23,507 nucleotides of DNA from Gemmatimonadaceae bacterium (GTDB lineage Bacteria; Gemmatimonadota; Gemmatimonadetes; Gemmatimonadales; Gemmatimonadaceae): the NCBI GenBank assembly GCA_040902005.1, contig JBBDYA010000043.1:13226-36732 (forward strand), given 5' to 3'. The notes below the pieces were generated by a model, which was not told the origin of the DNA, searched no databases, and saw nothing but the letters and a program-made list of their open reading frames with translations. Of this stretch, positions 14,846-23,318 are shown piece after piece. The translations under genes and the position numbers were made by a program. The first letter of the stretch is position 1, and every line of letters begins with the position of its first letter.

Positions 14846-16921
14846 ATGCATTGGCTGGCATCCGCGGCAACCCGCGCGGGGATGAAGGGCGCTGACGTCC
14901 TTTCAATTCCCGGCGACATTTCGCTGATCGATTCCTGGGAGATCGCTTCCAGGACCCTTGGTCTCACCCTGCCCGAGCTCGCGAGCTCGCTGGCCCCCAC
15001 GTTCGGCCTCGCTGAGGCGGACTTCGCGACGGCCGACCCGCGCGCCCTCGCGCTCCTTCCCGAGCGCATCGCCCGCAAGTACCACGTCTTCCCTCTGCGC
15101 GAAGACGACCGTCACCTGGTGGTGGCGACCTCCGACCCGACGAACATCGAGGTGGAGCACGCCATCGGCTTCGCCGCCGGACGCCGTCCCATCTTCGAGC
15201 TGGCCAGCCCCACCGCCATCGATGAAGCCCTCTTTGGCGCGTACAGCAGCGAGACCGCGATGGACCAGCTGCTCAGTGGCGTGGAAGAGCAGGTGGCGGA
15301 CGCGGTTCGCGTGGTCGAAGACCTGGCACCGGAAACGGTCGAAGCGGCCGAAGTCGATTCCGCGCCGGTCGTCAAGCTCACGAACCTGATCCTTCGCGAC
15401 GCGTTCATTCAGGCGGCGAGCGACATCCACATCGAGCCGGGCGCCAAGGGCGGCACCGTGCGCTTTCGTGTGGACGGCGTCATGCGGCAGTACATGCACC
15501 TGCCGATGGTTGCCCTCAATCGCGTCGTGTCGCGCATCAAGGTGCTGGCCCGGCTCGACATCGCCGACCGGCTCCGGCCGCAGGACGGACGCAGCCGGAT
15601 CTCGATCGACGGCCGCCCCGTGGACCTCCGCATTTCGACCGTCGCCACGCGCGACGCGGAGAAGGCGGTCATCCGTATTCTGCGCCCCGAGAGCACGCGC
15701 AAGCTCGACGAAGTCGGCATCACGCCGCGCGAGCTCGCCCGGCTGCGCCAGCTGCTCAACTGCCGCGACGGCATCGTGATCGTGACGGGGCCCACGGGAT
15801 CGGGCAAGACCACCACGCTCTATTCCGCCATCCGCGAGATGGCCACCGGGGAGCTCAACATTTCCACCGTCGAGGATCCGGTCGAGTACGAGCTGGCCGG
15901 CATCACGCAGATCCAGGTGGACCCCAAGCGCGGCGTGACCTTCGCGAACTCGCTGCGCGCCCTGCTGCGCCAGGACCCCGACGTGATCTTCGTCGGCGAG
16001 ATCCGTGACAACGAGACGGCACACATCGCCGCGCAGGCGGCGATGACGGGCCACCTGGTGATGGCCACGCTGCACACGAACGACGCGATGAGCACGATCA
16101 CCCGATTGCAGGACCTCGGGCTCGATCGCCAGACCATCGCGACGACGCTGCGAGGCACCCTCGCGCAGCGCCTGATCCGGCGCGTCTGCCCGGATTGCGC
16201 GCAGCCGCTGATCGGATCGCTGACGGACGAGGAGGAGACGCTCGGCGCGCGGTATGGGGTGCTTCCGCTGTCGCGCGCGATGGGCTGCAAGCGCTGCGGC
16301 AACACCGGATACCGTGGGCGCGTGCCCCTGATCGAGGTCGCGGTCATCACGCCGGTCCTGGCGGACATGATCGCGGCCGGTGCCTCGGCGCATGCGCTCC
16401 AGCGCGCGGCCGTTTCCCAGGGCATGGCGTCCATGCGGGACGTCGCGATCGCGCGCGTGCGCCGCGGCGAAACCACCCTCCAGGAAATCGAGCGGGTGGT
16501 GGGCGATCAGATCGAGGACCAGGAAACCCAGAAGAGCGGGCCGCCGTCCATTCTCGTCGTGAACGCGGACCCCGCGTGGCGACGCATGGCGCGCGCGTTG
16601 CTCGAGGGCGGCGGGTTCCGGGTGACGGAGGCGGTGGACCCGGTGCAGGCCATGCAACTCATGAGCACCGGCGAGGAATTCGCGCTCATGGTCACCGATC
16701 TCATGATGCCCGCGCTCATGGCGCCCCAGGCCGCCAATCCGCGCGCCTTGCGCCCCACGACGGCGGTGAGGGCCATTCAGAACCCACGCACGACCGGCGC
16801 GCTTCCGGCCGTGACCGAAGACGACGGGGAGCCAGTGGCGGGGGTGGGTGAGGGGAAGAGTGTGGACTGGGCCCGGTTCGCGGCAACGCTTCAGTCCTCC
16901 ATCCGGCGCACGGATCACTAG
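14846..16921 (+). CDS. PilB/GspE-family secretion/pilus assembly ATPase with a C-terminal partial receiver domain
   Basis: GGAG RBS before ATG 14846. T2SSE_N-like region (LLPERIARKYHVFPL...VATSDP), then ASDIHIEP, RFRVDG, PQDGR, Walker A GPTGSGKTT, EDPVEY, LRQDPDVIFVGEIRD, TGHLVMATLHTNDA and Zn motif CPDC..CKRC. Tail ILVVNAD...LMVTDLMMP. Confidence 0.92.
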   Translation: MHWLASAATRAGMKGADVLSIPGDISLIDSWEIASRTLGLTLPELASSLAPTFGLAEADFATADPRALALLPERIARKYHVFPLREDDRHLVVATSDPTNIEVEHAIGFAAGRRPIFELASPTAIDEALFGAYSSETAMDQLLSGVEEQVADAVRVVEDLAPETVEAAEVDSAPVVKLTNLILRDAFIQAASDIHIEPGAKGGTVRFRVDGVMRQYMHLPMVALNRVVSRIKVLARLDIADRLRPQDGRSRISIDGRPVDLRISTVATRDAEKAVIRILRPESTRKLDEVGITPRELARLRQLLNCRDGIVIVTGPTGSGKTTTLYSAIREMATGELNISTVEDPVEYELAGITQIQVDPKRGVTFANSLRALLRQDPDVIFVGEIRDNETAHIAAQAAMTGHLVMATLHTNDAMSTITRLQDLGLDRQTIATTLRGTLAQRLIRRVCPDCAQPLIGSLTDEEETLGARYGVLPLSRAMGCKRCGNTGYRGRVPLIEVAVITPVLADMIAAGASAHALQRAAVSQGMASMRDVAIARVRRGETTLQEIERVVGDQIEDQETQKSGPPSILVVNADPAWRRMARALLEGGGFRVTEAVDPVQAMQLMSTGEEFALMVTDLMMPALMAPQAANPRALRPTTAVRAIQNPRTTGALPAVTEDDGEPVAGVGEGKSVDWARFAATLQSSIRRTDH

Positions 16922-16942
16922 CACCGTCGGTAGTTTACGGAC

Positions 16943-17299
16943 ATGTCCGACGGCCAGTTGCTCGATACCGTGGCGCTCGATCGCCTGCGAGGCTTCGGTG
17001 GTGACAAGCTCCTGCGCGGCATGATCGACCTGTTTGTGGCCAACGCGTCCCTCAAGGCGGCCGACGCGCGTGAGGCGCTGGATTGCGGTGATGCCGCTGC
17101 GCTCCGTGCCGCCCTGCACGGGCTCAAGTCGAGTTCCGGCCAACTTGGGGCGGCCAGTGTCCACCAGGCCTGCATCGCGGGCGAGGAACTCGCGAGCGTG
17201 GGTGACCTCGGGCGGTGCACCCCGCACGTGCAACGGATCGAAACCGACCTTCCGGCGGTGTGTCGGGCGCTCGCGGCCATCCGGCCCGCCGCGGCGTAG
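16943..17299 (+). CDS. Stand-alone Hpt histidine phosphotransfer protein
   Basis: LDTVALDRLRGFGGDKLLRGMIDLF...ALHGLKSSSGQLGA matches the Hpt HxLKGSS motif; 118 aa, helical. Confidence 0.88.
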   Translation: MSDGQLLDTVALDRLRGFGGDKLLRGMIDLFVANASLKAADAREALDCGDAAALRAALHGLKSSSGQLGAASVHQACIAGEELASVGDLGRCTPHVQRIETDLPAVCRALAAIRPAAA

Positions 17300-17300
17300 C

Positions 17301-17669
17301 ATGCCCACACTCGCCATCGTGGAGGACAACGCCGACAATCGGCTGCTGCTGCAGGCGATCCTCGGCGACCAGTACGACCTCGTGGAGTACGAAAACGGCC
17401 TCGATGCGCTGGCCGGCATCCAGGCGGCGCGGCCCGACCTGGTGCTGCTGGACATCTCGCTCCCCGGCATGGACGGCAACGAGATCCTGGCCCGGCTGCG
17501 CGCGGACGCCACCCTGCGCGGGCTCCCGGTGGTGGCGCTCACCGCGCATGCCATGGCCGGGGACCGGGAACGGTTCCTCGCGGCCGGATTCGATGACTAC
17601 ATCACCAAGCCGATCGTGGACGAAACCCGCCTTTTCGATGCCATCGACCGTTTATTGAAGAAACCCTGA
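17301..17669 (+). CDS. Single-domain response regulator (DivK/CheY-like)
   Basis: ATG 1 nt after the Hpt stop. IVEDNADN...LVLLDISLPGMDG...VALTAHAMAGDRERFLAAGFDDYITKPI. Confidence 0.92.
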   Translation: MPTLAIVEDNADNRLLLQAILGDQYDLVEYENGLDALAGIQAARPDLVLLDISLPGMDGNEILARLRADATLRGLPVVALTAHAMAGDRERFLAAGFDDYITKPIVDETRLFDAIDRLLKKP

Positions 17670-17741
17670 CCGCCTCTCGAGCGTCTGATAGACAGGAGCG
17701 ATTCGCAGTTCCCGCCTCCGCCTCCTCTTCCGCATCGCATC

Positions 17742-17858
17742 ATGAAGTTCGATCGAAGGCTCTTCATCCAGCGCGCCATCCTCGCGTTCACCACGGGCAT
17801 GTTCCTGGCCTGTTCGGCGCATGTCGCCGCGCAGCCTGGATCGGCGTTTTTCCCCTAG
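17742..17858 (+). CDS. 38-aa ORF consisting almost entirely of a twin-arginine-like signal peptide
   Basis: Manual translation: MKFDRRLFIQRAILAFTTGMFLACSAHVAAQPGSAFFP*. DRRLFI twin-Arg motif, hydrophobic core and VAA-Q cleavage-like site. Too short for the supplied ORF track; no clear RBS. Confidence 0.45.
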   Translation: MKFDRRLFIQRAILAFTTGMFLACSAHVAAQPGSAFFP

Positions 17859-17938
17859 GGAAGCTTTGAAAGGGCGAGCAGAAGCGCGATAGCTCCCCGG
17901 GCGCGAGCGCTGCTTTCTCTACCGCGGGTCGGTCGATG

Positions 17939-17970
17939 CGAACCACGGAGGGCGCGGAGGACGCGGAGGG
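17939..17970 (+). repeat. Left 32-bp inverted repeat (CGAAC + 3 x 9-bp unit CRCGGAGGR)
   Basis: CGAACCACGGAGGGCGCGGAGGACGCGGAGGG; 27/32 identical to the reverse complement of 18484-18515. Confidence 0.85.
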
Positions 17971-17993
17971 GGAGTGTTCGGTTGCGACCCTGA

Positions 17994-18371
17994 CTACGAG
18001 AAGGCCACTATGCGCTTGAGGCCATCTTTGAGATGGACTTCGTGGAAGTTGATCAGGAGGCCGGCAGCGCGCCCGCTCAACTTCAGATAGGACAGCAGCT
18101 GGGCGTGATGAATCGGAAGCATCTTGGCAACGGCCTTGAGCTCCACTACCACGATGCCATCAACGAGCATATCGATGCGGTACCCGGCGTCTATCTTTAT
18201 TCCGTCGTACTCGATTGGGAGAGGAAGTTGCGTCTCTACCTCGCGCCCCCGCACGCGAAGCTCGTGCGCAAGGCAGGCCGCATAGGCGCTTTCGAGCAAA
18301 CCGGGTCCGAGCGCCGAGTGAACCTTGATTGCCGAGTCCACGACATCGCCGGTGCACTCGTCGACGAACAT
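17994..18371 (-). CDS. GxxExxY protein (PD-(D/E)xK nuclease-like, PDDEXK_3)
   Basis: AIKVHSALGPGLLESAYAACLAHEL...YRIDMLVDGIVVVELKAV...HHAQLLSYLKLSG...GLLINF. Start uncertain (ATG 18371; ORF open to 18455). Confidence 0.92.
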   Translation of the reverse strand: MFVDECTGDVVDSAIKVHSALGPGLLESAYAACLAHELRVRGREVETQLPLPIEYDGIKIDAGYRIDMLVDGIVVVELKAVAKMLPIHHAQLLSYLKLSGRAAGLLINFHEVHLKDGLKRIVAFS

Positions 18372-18483
18372 TTGTTGGGCGTTTCTTGGCGCATGAAGCA
18401 ACCGCGGTGCACGCGGTGATCTGCCGGAGGCCATGGCATGAAGCTGCTCATACACGTCATCGGGGCGTCATCGCCACCTACAG

Positions 18484-18515
18484 CCCTACGTGCCCTCCGT
18501 GTCCTCCGTGGTTCG
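18484..18515 (-). repeat. Right 32-bp inverted repeat (CGAAC + 3 x 9-bp unit)
   Basis: Minus strand reads CGAACCACGGAGGACACGGAGGGCACGTAGGG. Confidence 0.85.
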
Positions 18516-18557
18516 GACGTTGGACCCACTTCCCCTGCTTGGTGGGTTGCTCCGGTG

Positions 18558-21155
18558 TCACGCGTCGCGTAACGCGGCCATCGGCGTCTGCTGGAACACC
18601 TCGCGCCCCGTGGCAAGGCCGATGATGATCGCGATCAGCGTCATCGCGACACCCACGATCAGCACCGGAACGATGGCCGGCGTGAAGGCGGCCTCGAAGA
18701 CGAACTTCATCAGCAGCCACGCTGCTCCCACCGACAACACCACCCCGGCCAGGCTTCCGAGCGCGCCGAGTAGCGCGTACTCCGAGAGCATGATGCGCCC
18801 GACCTGACGCCGCGTCGCGCCCAGCGTCTTGAGCAGCACGCCTTCGCGGAGTCGTTCGCGCCGCGTGGCGGCCACGGCGCTGAACAGCACCGGAATGCCG
18901 AACGCCAGCGACACGAGCGCCATGAACCGGATCGCCGACGTCACCTTGTCGAGCACGTTGCTGATGGTGTTCTGGATCAGCGACAGGTCCAGGCTCGAGA
19001 TGCCGGGGTAGTTCCGCACTACGTCGCGCTGAAGCGTGGCCATCTCGGCGCTGGTGGGCACGTGGGCCAGGATCGCGAACTGCTTCGGGGCGCGCTCGAT
19101 GGCGCCGGGGTTGAACACCACGAAGAAATTCGGCTCGAAGCGCGCCCAGGTCACCTCGCGCAGGCTCGTCACCACGGCGGGAATCCGCACCCCCTGCACG
19201 TTCCAGGTGACGGTGTCGCCGATGCCGATGCGCAGGTCCGACGCCACGTCCTCCTCCACGGAGATCTGCGCCGACGTGTCGTTGGGCGAGAACCATTGCC
19301 CGGCGATGCGCCGCTCGCCGGCCGACTGGTCGGCGCGGTAGGTGGACCTGAACTCGCGCCGCAGCGCCCAGTTGGACCGGAACCGCGTGGTGCGGCGCTG
19401 GCCCGAGGCACGAAATGCCCGCGCGATGCTGTCCTGCTCCGCCAGGATCGACGGCACCGACTGCCCGTTGATGGCGTCGATCCGCATGGGGATGATCGGC
19501 GCTGTCTGAACGACCGTGTGGCCGGCCGCGCGGATCATCGAGTCGACCACCGGCTCCTGATCCTCCTGCACATCGAAGAACACCAGGTTCGAGCGTGATT
19601 GCTCGAGCTTGAGATCCAGCTGCGACAGCAGGTTGTGCTGCACCTGGTACATGGTGCTCATGAGAAAGACGCCGAATCCGAGCGCCAGGATCACCGCGCG
19701 AGTCTGGTTGCCCGGCCGGTACAGGTTGGCGACCCCCTGGCGCACCACGAACGGCCAGCTGGGCCGCGCCACGCGGCGGGCCCCCAGTGACAGCAGGACC
19801 GCGGTGCCCCAGAGCGCGCCGATCGCGCCTCCAATCGCCGCGGAATACCACAGCGCCCGTTCGAAGGTGCCCGCCCGCTCCATCGCGATCGCCAGCACGC
19901 TCGCGACGATGGCGAAGCTCACGACCATCACCGCGGAGTCGCGCCGCGCGCCCCGCATGACGGTGGCGTCGGATTCCCGGCGCAGCGTCTGCAGCGGCGA
20001 GATGCGCCGCAGCGCGAGCAGCGGGCGCAGGGAGAAGATCAGCGCGACCCACACGCCAACGCCGAGTCCGAGCGCGATCGCGCCGGGCGCCAGCGCGACC
20101 CGCACGTCCACGGGCAGAAAGTCCTGCAGCAGCCAGGGCAGCCCGAACTGGAATGCCACGCCGAAGGCCGCTCCGACGAGGGCGCCCACGAAGCCCATCG
20201 CCGCCGCCTGCAACACGTAAATCAGGAGCACCTGCCGGCTCGTGGCGCCGAGGCACCGGAGCACCGCGACCGTGTCGATCTTCCGCATCACGAACGCATG
20301 CACGCCGCTCGCCACACCGATCCCGCCTAGGAGCAGCGCGACCAGTCCCACGATACCGAGAAAGTTGCCCAGCTGGTCGATGGACTCGTTCAGGTCGTAT
20401 TCGTTCTCGGCCACGGTCTCGAGGCGCACGCGCGGCGTGTCCGTCGCGAACCGCTGGTTGAACCGGCCGGCGAACTGCGCCGCGGACAGGCCCGGGGGCA
20501 TCCTGAGCAGTGCATCGTACTCCGCTCGGCTGCCAAAGATCAGTAGCCCCGTTTCCTCCAGGCGGTCGTCCGGAATGAAGATGCGCGGGCCGATGGCCGC
20601 GCTCACGCCCAGGTCGCCCGGCACGCTCCGGATCGTCGCGATCATCACGAAGCGCGCTGTGCCGAGCATCAGCGTGTCCCCCAGCTCCGCGTCCAGCGAA
20701 ATCAGCACCGCCGGGTCCACGATCGCGTGCGCGGCGCCATGCAGGCGCGACCACGCGCCCGCCGGCTCCGTGGTGATCTCCCCGTAGAACGGATAGTTCG
20801 CGGTCACCGCGCGCACCTGCACCAGGCGCGTGTTGCCGGAGCTGGGCACCGTTCCCATGGAGGCGAACTGCGTGACGCGGCTCACCCCCACCCCCGAGGT
20901 GGCGAGCGAGTCCAGCAGGCGGGTCGTGGTCGCCGAGAACGCGGCGCGCGAGCGGAGCGAGACGTCGCCACCCAACAGTGCGCGCGACTGCTCCGAGACC
21001 GACTGCGTGACGTTCGCGGTGAAGGAGTCGATCGCGACGAGCGCCGCGACGCCCAGGGAGATGGACGACATGTACAGAAGGAGCCGGCGACGCGCCGTGC
21101 GGCTTTCGCGCCAGGCAATGCCCATCAGGCCGGCGAACCGCGAGCGGTCAGCCAC
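18558..21155 (-). CDS. ybbP: ABC transporter permease, FtsX/MacB-like (YbbP type)
   Basis: Duplicated FtsX architecture: IAWRESR..ISLGVAALVAI..ALLGGD, AVLRCLGATSRQV and LKTLGATRRQV. Also VTSLREVTWARFEPNFFVVF, typical of YbbP. Overlaps the ATPase gene. Confidence 0.85.
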   Translation of the reverse strand: MADRSRFAGLMGIAWRESRTARRRLLLYMSSISLGVAALVAIDSFTANVTQSVSEQSRALLGGDVSLRSRAAFSATTTRLLDSLATSGVGVSRVTQFASMGTVPSSGNTRLVQVRAVTANYPFYGEITTEPAGAWSRLHGAAHAIVDPAVLISLDAELGDTLMLGTARFVMIATIRSVPGDLGVSAAIGPRIFIPDDRLEETGLLIFGSRAEYDALLRMPPGLSAAQFAGRFNQRFATDTPRVRLETVAENEYDLNESIDQLGNFLGIVGLVALLLGGIGVASGVHAFVMRKIDTVAVLRCLGATSRQVLLIYVLQAAAMGFVGALVGAAFGVAFQFGLPWLLQDFLPVDVRVALAPGAIALGLGVGVWVALIFSLRPLLALRRISPLQTLRRESDATVMRGARRDSAVMVVSFAIVASVLAIAMERAGTFERALWYSAAIGGAIGALWGTAVLLSLGARRVARPSWPFVVRQGVANLYRPGNQTRAVILALGFGVFLMSTMYQVQHNLLSQLDLKLEQSRSNLVFFDVQEDQEPVVDSMIRAAGHTVVQTAPIIPMRIDAINGQSVPSILAEQDSIARAFRASGQRRTTRFRSNWALRREFRSTYRADQSAGERRIAGQWFSPNDTSAQISVEEDVASDLRIGIGDTVTWNVQGVRIPAVVTSLREVTWARFEPNFFVVFNPGAIERAPKQFAILAHVPTSAEMATLQRDVVRNYPGISSLDLSLIQNTISNVLDKVTSAIRFMALVSLAFGIPVLFSAVAATRRERLREGVLLKTLGATRRQVGRIMLSEYALLGALGSLAGVVLSVGAAWLLMKFVFEAAFTPAIVPVLIVGVAMTLIAIIIGLATGREVFQQTPMAALRDA

Positions 21156-21855
21156 GCGCCACTCCGGCCATGGCCGGCGTGCCGGACGTGCGTTCGTCCG
21201 CGATCAGCGCGCCGTCACTGAGCCGGAGGATGCGTCGCGAGCGGCGCGCGAGCGACAGGTCGTGCGTCACCAGCACCACGGTGGAACCCGACTCGCGGTT
21301 GAGCGACTCCAGCAGCTCCACGATGCGCGTCCCGGTGTCGCTGTCGAGGTTCCCCGTGGGCTCGTCGGCGAAGAGAATGCGCGGCCGGTTCGCGAACGCG
21401 CGCGCGATGGCCACCCGCTGCTGCTCGCCGCCGGACAGTTGCGTTGGAAAGTGATCCAGCCGGTCGCCCAATCCCACGCGCTGGAGCACGTCACGCGAGC
21501 GCTCGGCCACGTTCCCCTCGCCCCGCAGCTCCAGAGGCACCTGCACGTTCTCGATCGCGGTGAGCGTCGGAATCAGTTGAAAGCTCTGGAACACGAACCC
21601 GACTTTTTCACCACGCAGCAACGCGCGGCCGTCCTCGTCCAGCGCCGTGAGATCGGTACCGTCCAGCTGGACCGTTCCGCTCGTTGGCGTGTCCAATCCT
21701 GCGAGGAGCCCCAGCAGCGTGGTCTTGCCGCTGCCAGACGGGCCCACGATGGACACGAAGTCGCCCTGGTCGATGGAGAAGCTCACGTCGCGCAGCACCA
21801 CCAGGCGATGGTCGCCAGATTGATATTCCTTGGTCAGGTGGGAAGCAGAGAGCAC
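21148..21855 (-). CDS. ybbA: ABC transporter ATP-binding protein (YbbA/LolD-like)
   Basis: GPSGSGKTT, GFVFQSFQLIPTLTAIENV, LSGGEQQRVAIARA, ILFADEPTGNLD and VTHD. Divergent from tesA as in the known tesA-ybbAP arrangement. Confidence 0.9.
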   Translation of the reverse strand: MLSASHLTKEYQSGDHRLVVLRDVSFSIDQGDFVSIVGPSGSGKTTLLGLLAGLDTPTSGTVQLDGTDLTALDEDGRALLRGEKVGFVFQSFQLIPTLTAIENVQVPLELRGEGNVAERSRDVLQRVGLGDRLDHFPTQLSGGEQQRVAIARAFANRPRILFADEPTGNLDSDTGTRIVELLESLNRESGSTVVLVTHDLSLARRSRRILRLSDGALIADERTSGTPAMAGVARG

Positions 21856-21893
21856 GAGGGGCGGGTACGGGTTCCGGATTTCCTGCGAGGGAC

Positions 21894-22604
21894 ATGCGAC
21901 AGACTTTCATCAAATACGCTCTGACGGCCGCGATGTTGGCCGCGGCGGCGTGCGGAGACCCCGCGGAGAACGGGGCGGCCTCCGGTGCGGGCCGCACCGC
22001 ACAAGCTAGCGCCGTTGACACCACGGCCAACGCCTCCGGGGGGTTTCGGCCCGGCTCCATCATTCTGTTCGTGGGCACGAGCCTCACGGCCGGCTACGGT
22101 CTGGAGCCGGAGGAGTCCTACCCCAACCTCATCCAGCAGAAGCTGGACTCCGCCGGGCTGGATTTCGACGTGGTGAACGCGGGCATCAGCGGGGAAACGA
22201 CGTCGAGTCTGCTGCGACGCATCGACTGGCTGCTGCGCCAGCCGTTCGAGATCATCGTCATCGAAACGGGCGCGAACGATGGACTGCGCGGCGTTCCGGT
22301 GGCGACGATGGAGCGCAACATCCAGCAGATCATCGAGGGGGTGCGCGCGATGCGGCCGCGCGCGCAGATCGTCCTGGCGCAGATGGAGGCGCCGCCGAAC
22401 CTGGGCGCATCGTATACCTCCGAATTCCGCCGCGTCTTTCCCGACCTGGCCAGGCGCAACGACGTGATGCTGCTGCCGTTCATGCTGGAGGGCGTCGCGG
22501 GCGTGCGATCGATGAACCAGGGGGATGGTATCCATCCGAACAGGGCGGGCGCGCGCATCGTAGCCGAGAATGTCTGGCGGGGGTTGAGGCCGGTGCTCCA
22601 GTGA
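21894..22604 (+). CDS. tesA: Arylesterase/acyl-CoA thioesterase I, SGNH hydrolase, predicted lipoprotein
   Basis: GAGG RBS; lipobox MRQTFIKYALTAAMLAAAAC. Blocks GTSLTAGYGL, NAGISGETT, ETGANDGLRG and DGIHPN. Confidence 0.88.
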   Translation: MRQTFIKYALTAAMLAAAACGDPAENGAASGAGRTAQASAVDTTANASGGFRPGSIILFVGTSLTAGYGLEPEESYPNLIQQKLDSAGLDFDVVNAGISGETTSSLLRRIDWLLRQPFEIIVIETGANDGLRGVPVATMERNIQQIIEGVRAMRPRAQIVLAQMEAPPNLGASYTSEFRRVFPDLARRNDVMLLPFMLEGVAGVRSMNQGDGIHPNRAGARIVAENVWRGLRPVLQ

Positions 22605-22700
22605 GCTAAATTCAAGGGCTGTTTGGACTTAGTGACTGGGAAGATGCCTGGTGACTAGACCAATCACCTGGCATCAGCCACCAATCACACGTCACCACAA

Positions 22701-23264
22701 ATGGCAATTCCCGCGACACAGATTCGGCGTGGCATGGTCATCGTCTTCGAGGGCGATCCCTGTCGCATCACCGAGTTCCGGCACCATACGCCGGGCAACC
22801 TGCGCGCGATGGTGCAGGCCAAGCTCAAGAACCTGCGCTCCGGCGCGAATTTCGAGCATCGCTTTCGCGCGGCCGATTCGGTGGATCCGGCGAGCATGGA
22901 GACCCACGAGCTGGAGTACCTCTACGACTCGGCGGGCACGTTCCACTTCATGAACACGCAGAACTACGAGCAGCTCGAGATGGAGGACGAAGCGCTGGGT
23001 GACAACGCCCAGTGGATGCAGCCGAACATGAAGATCCAGGCGGAGTTCTACGATGGTCGCCCGGTCGCGATTCGTCTGCCCAACTCGCTGACGCTGGAGG
23101 TCGTCGAGACGTCGCCCGTGATGAAGACGGCCACCAAGACGTCGTCCCAGAAGCCGGCCAGGCTGGAGAACGGCGTCACGGTGAACGTGCCGGAATTCAT
23201 CGGCACGGGCGACAAGGTGCGCGTGAATCCGACCACGGGCGAATACCAGGAGCGGGCCAAGTAG
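22701..23264 (+). CDS. efp: Translation elongation factor P
   Basis: ATQIRRGMVI...HHTPGNLRAMVQAKLKNLRSG...YLY...FMNTQNYEQ...KPARLENGVTVNVPEFI..GDKVRVN...YQER; 187 aa. Confidence 0.96.
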   Translation: MAIPATQIRRGMVIVFEGDPCRITEFRHHTPGNLRAMVQAKLKNLRSGANFEHRFRAADSVDPASMETHELEYLYDSAGTFHFMNTQNYEQLEMEDEALGDNAQWMQPNMKIQAEFYDGRPVAIRLPNSLTLEVVETSPVMKTATKTSSQKPARLENGVTVNVPEFIGTGDKVRVNPTTGEYQERAK

Positions 23265-23289
23265 TTTCCCTCCCGCTCCGAATGAACAA

Positions 23290-23318
23290 TTGAATCGTCC
23301 TTCGGACGCCGTTAGGTT
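23290..23318 (+). promoter_or_regulatory. Putative sigma70 promoter for the tRNA pair
   Basis: TTGAAT (23290-23295), 17-nt spacer, TAGGTT (23313-23318), ending 26 nt upstream of tRNA-His. Confidence 0.55.

Noticed and set aside
14903..17554. 883-aa antisense ORF opposite the ATPase, Hpt and REC genes
   Set aside because: Shadow ORF; the plus-strand genes carry clear family motifs and this one has none.
17939..18515. CRISPR array interpretation of the 9-mer repeats
   Set aside because: Only two inverted arms, no repeat-spacer periodicity and no cas genes.
18478..20754. 758-aa alternative-frame ORF within ybbP
   Set aside because: Arg/Ala/Gly/Pro-rich off-frame translation with no domain features.
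22072..22086. GTSL instead of GDSL in TesA
   Set aside because: The catalytic Ser, Gly, Asn and DxxH are intact; a minor variant, not evidence of inactivation.
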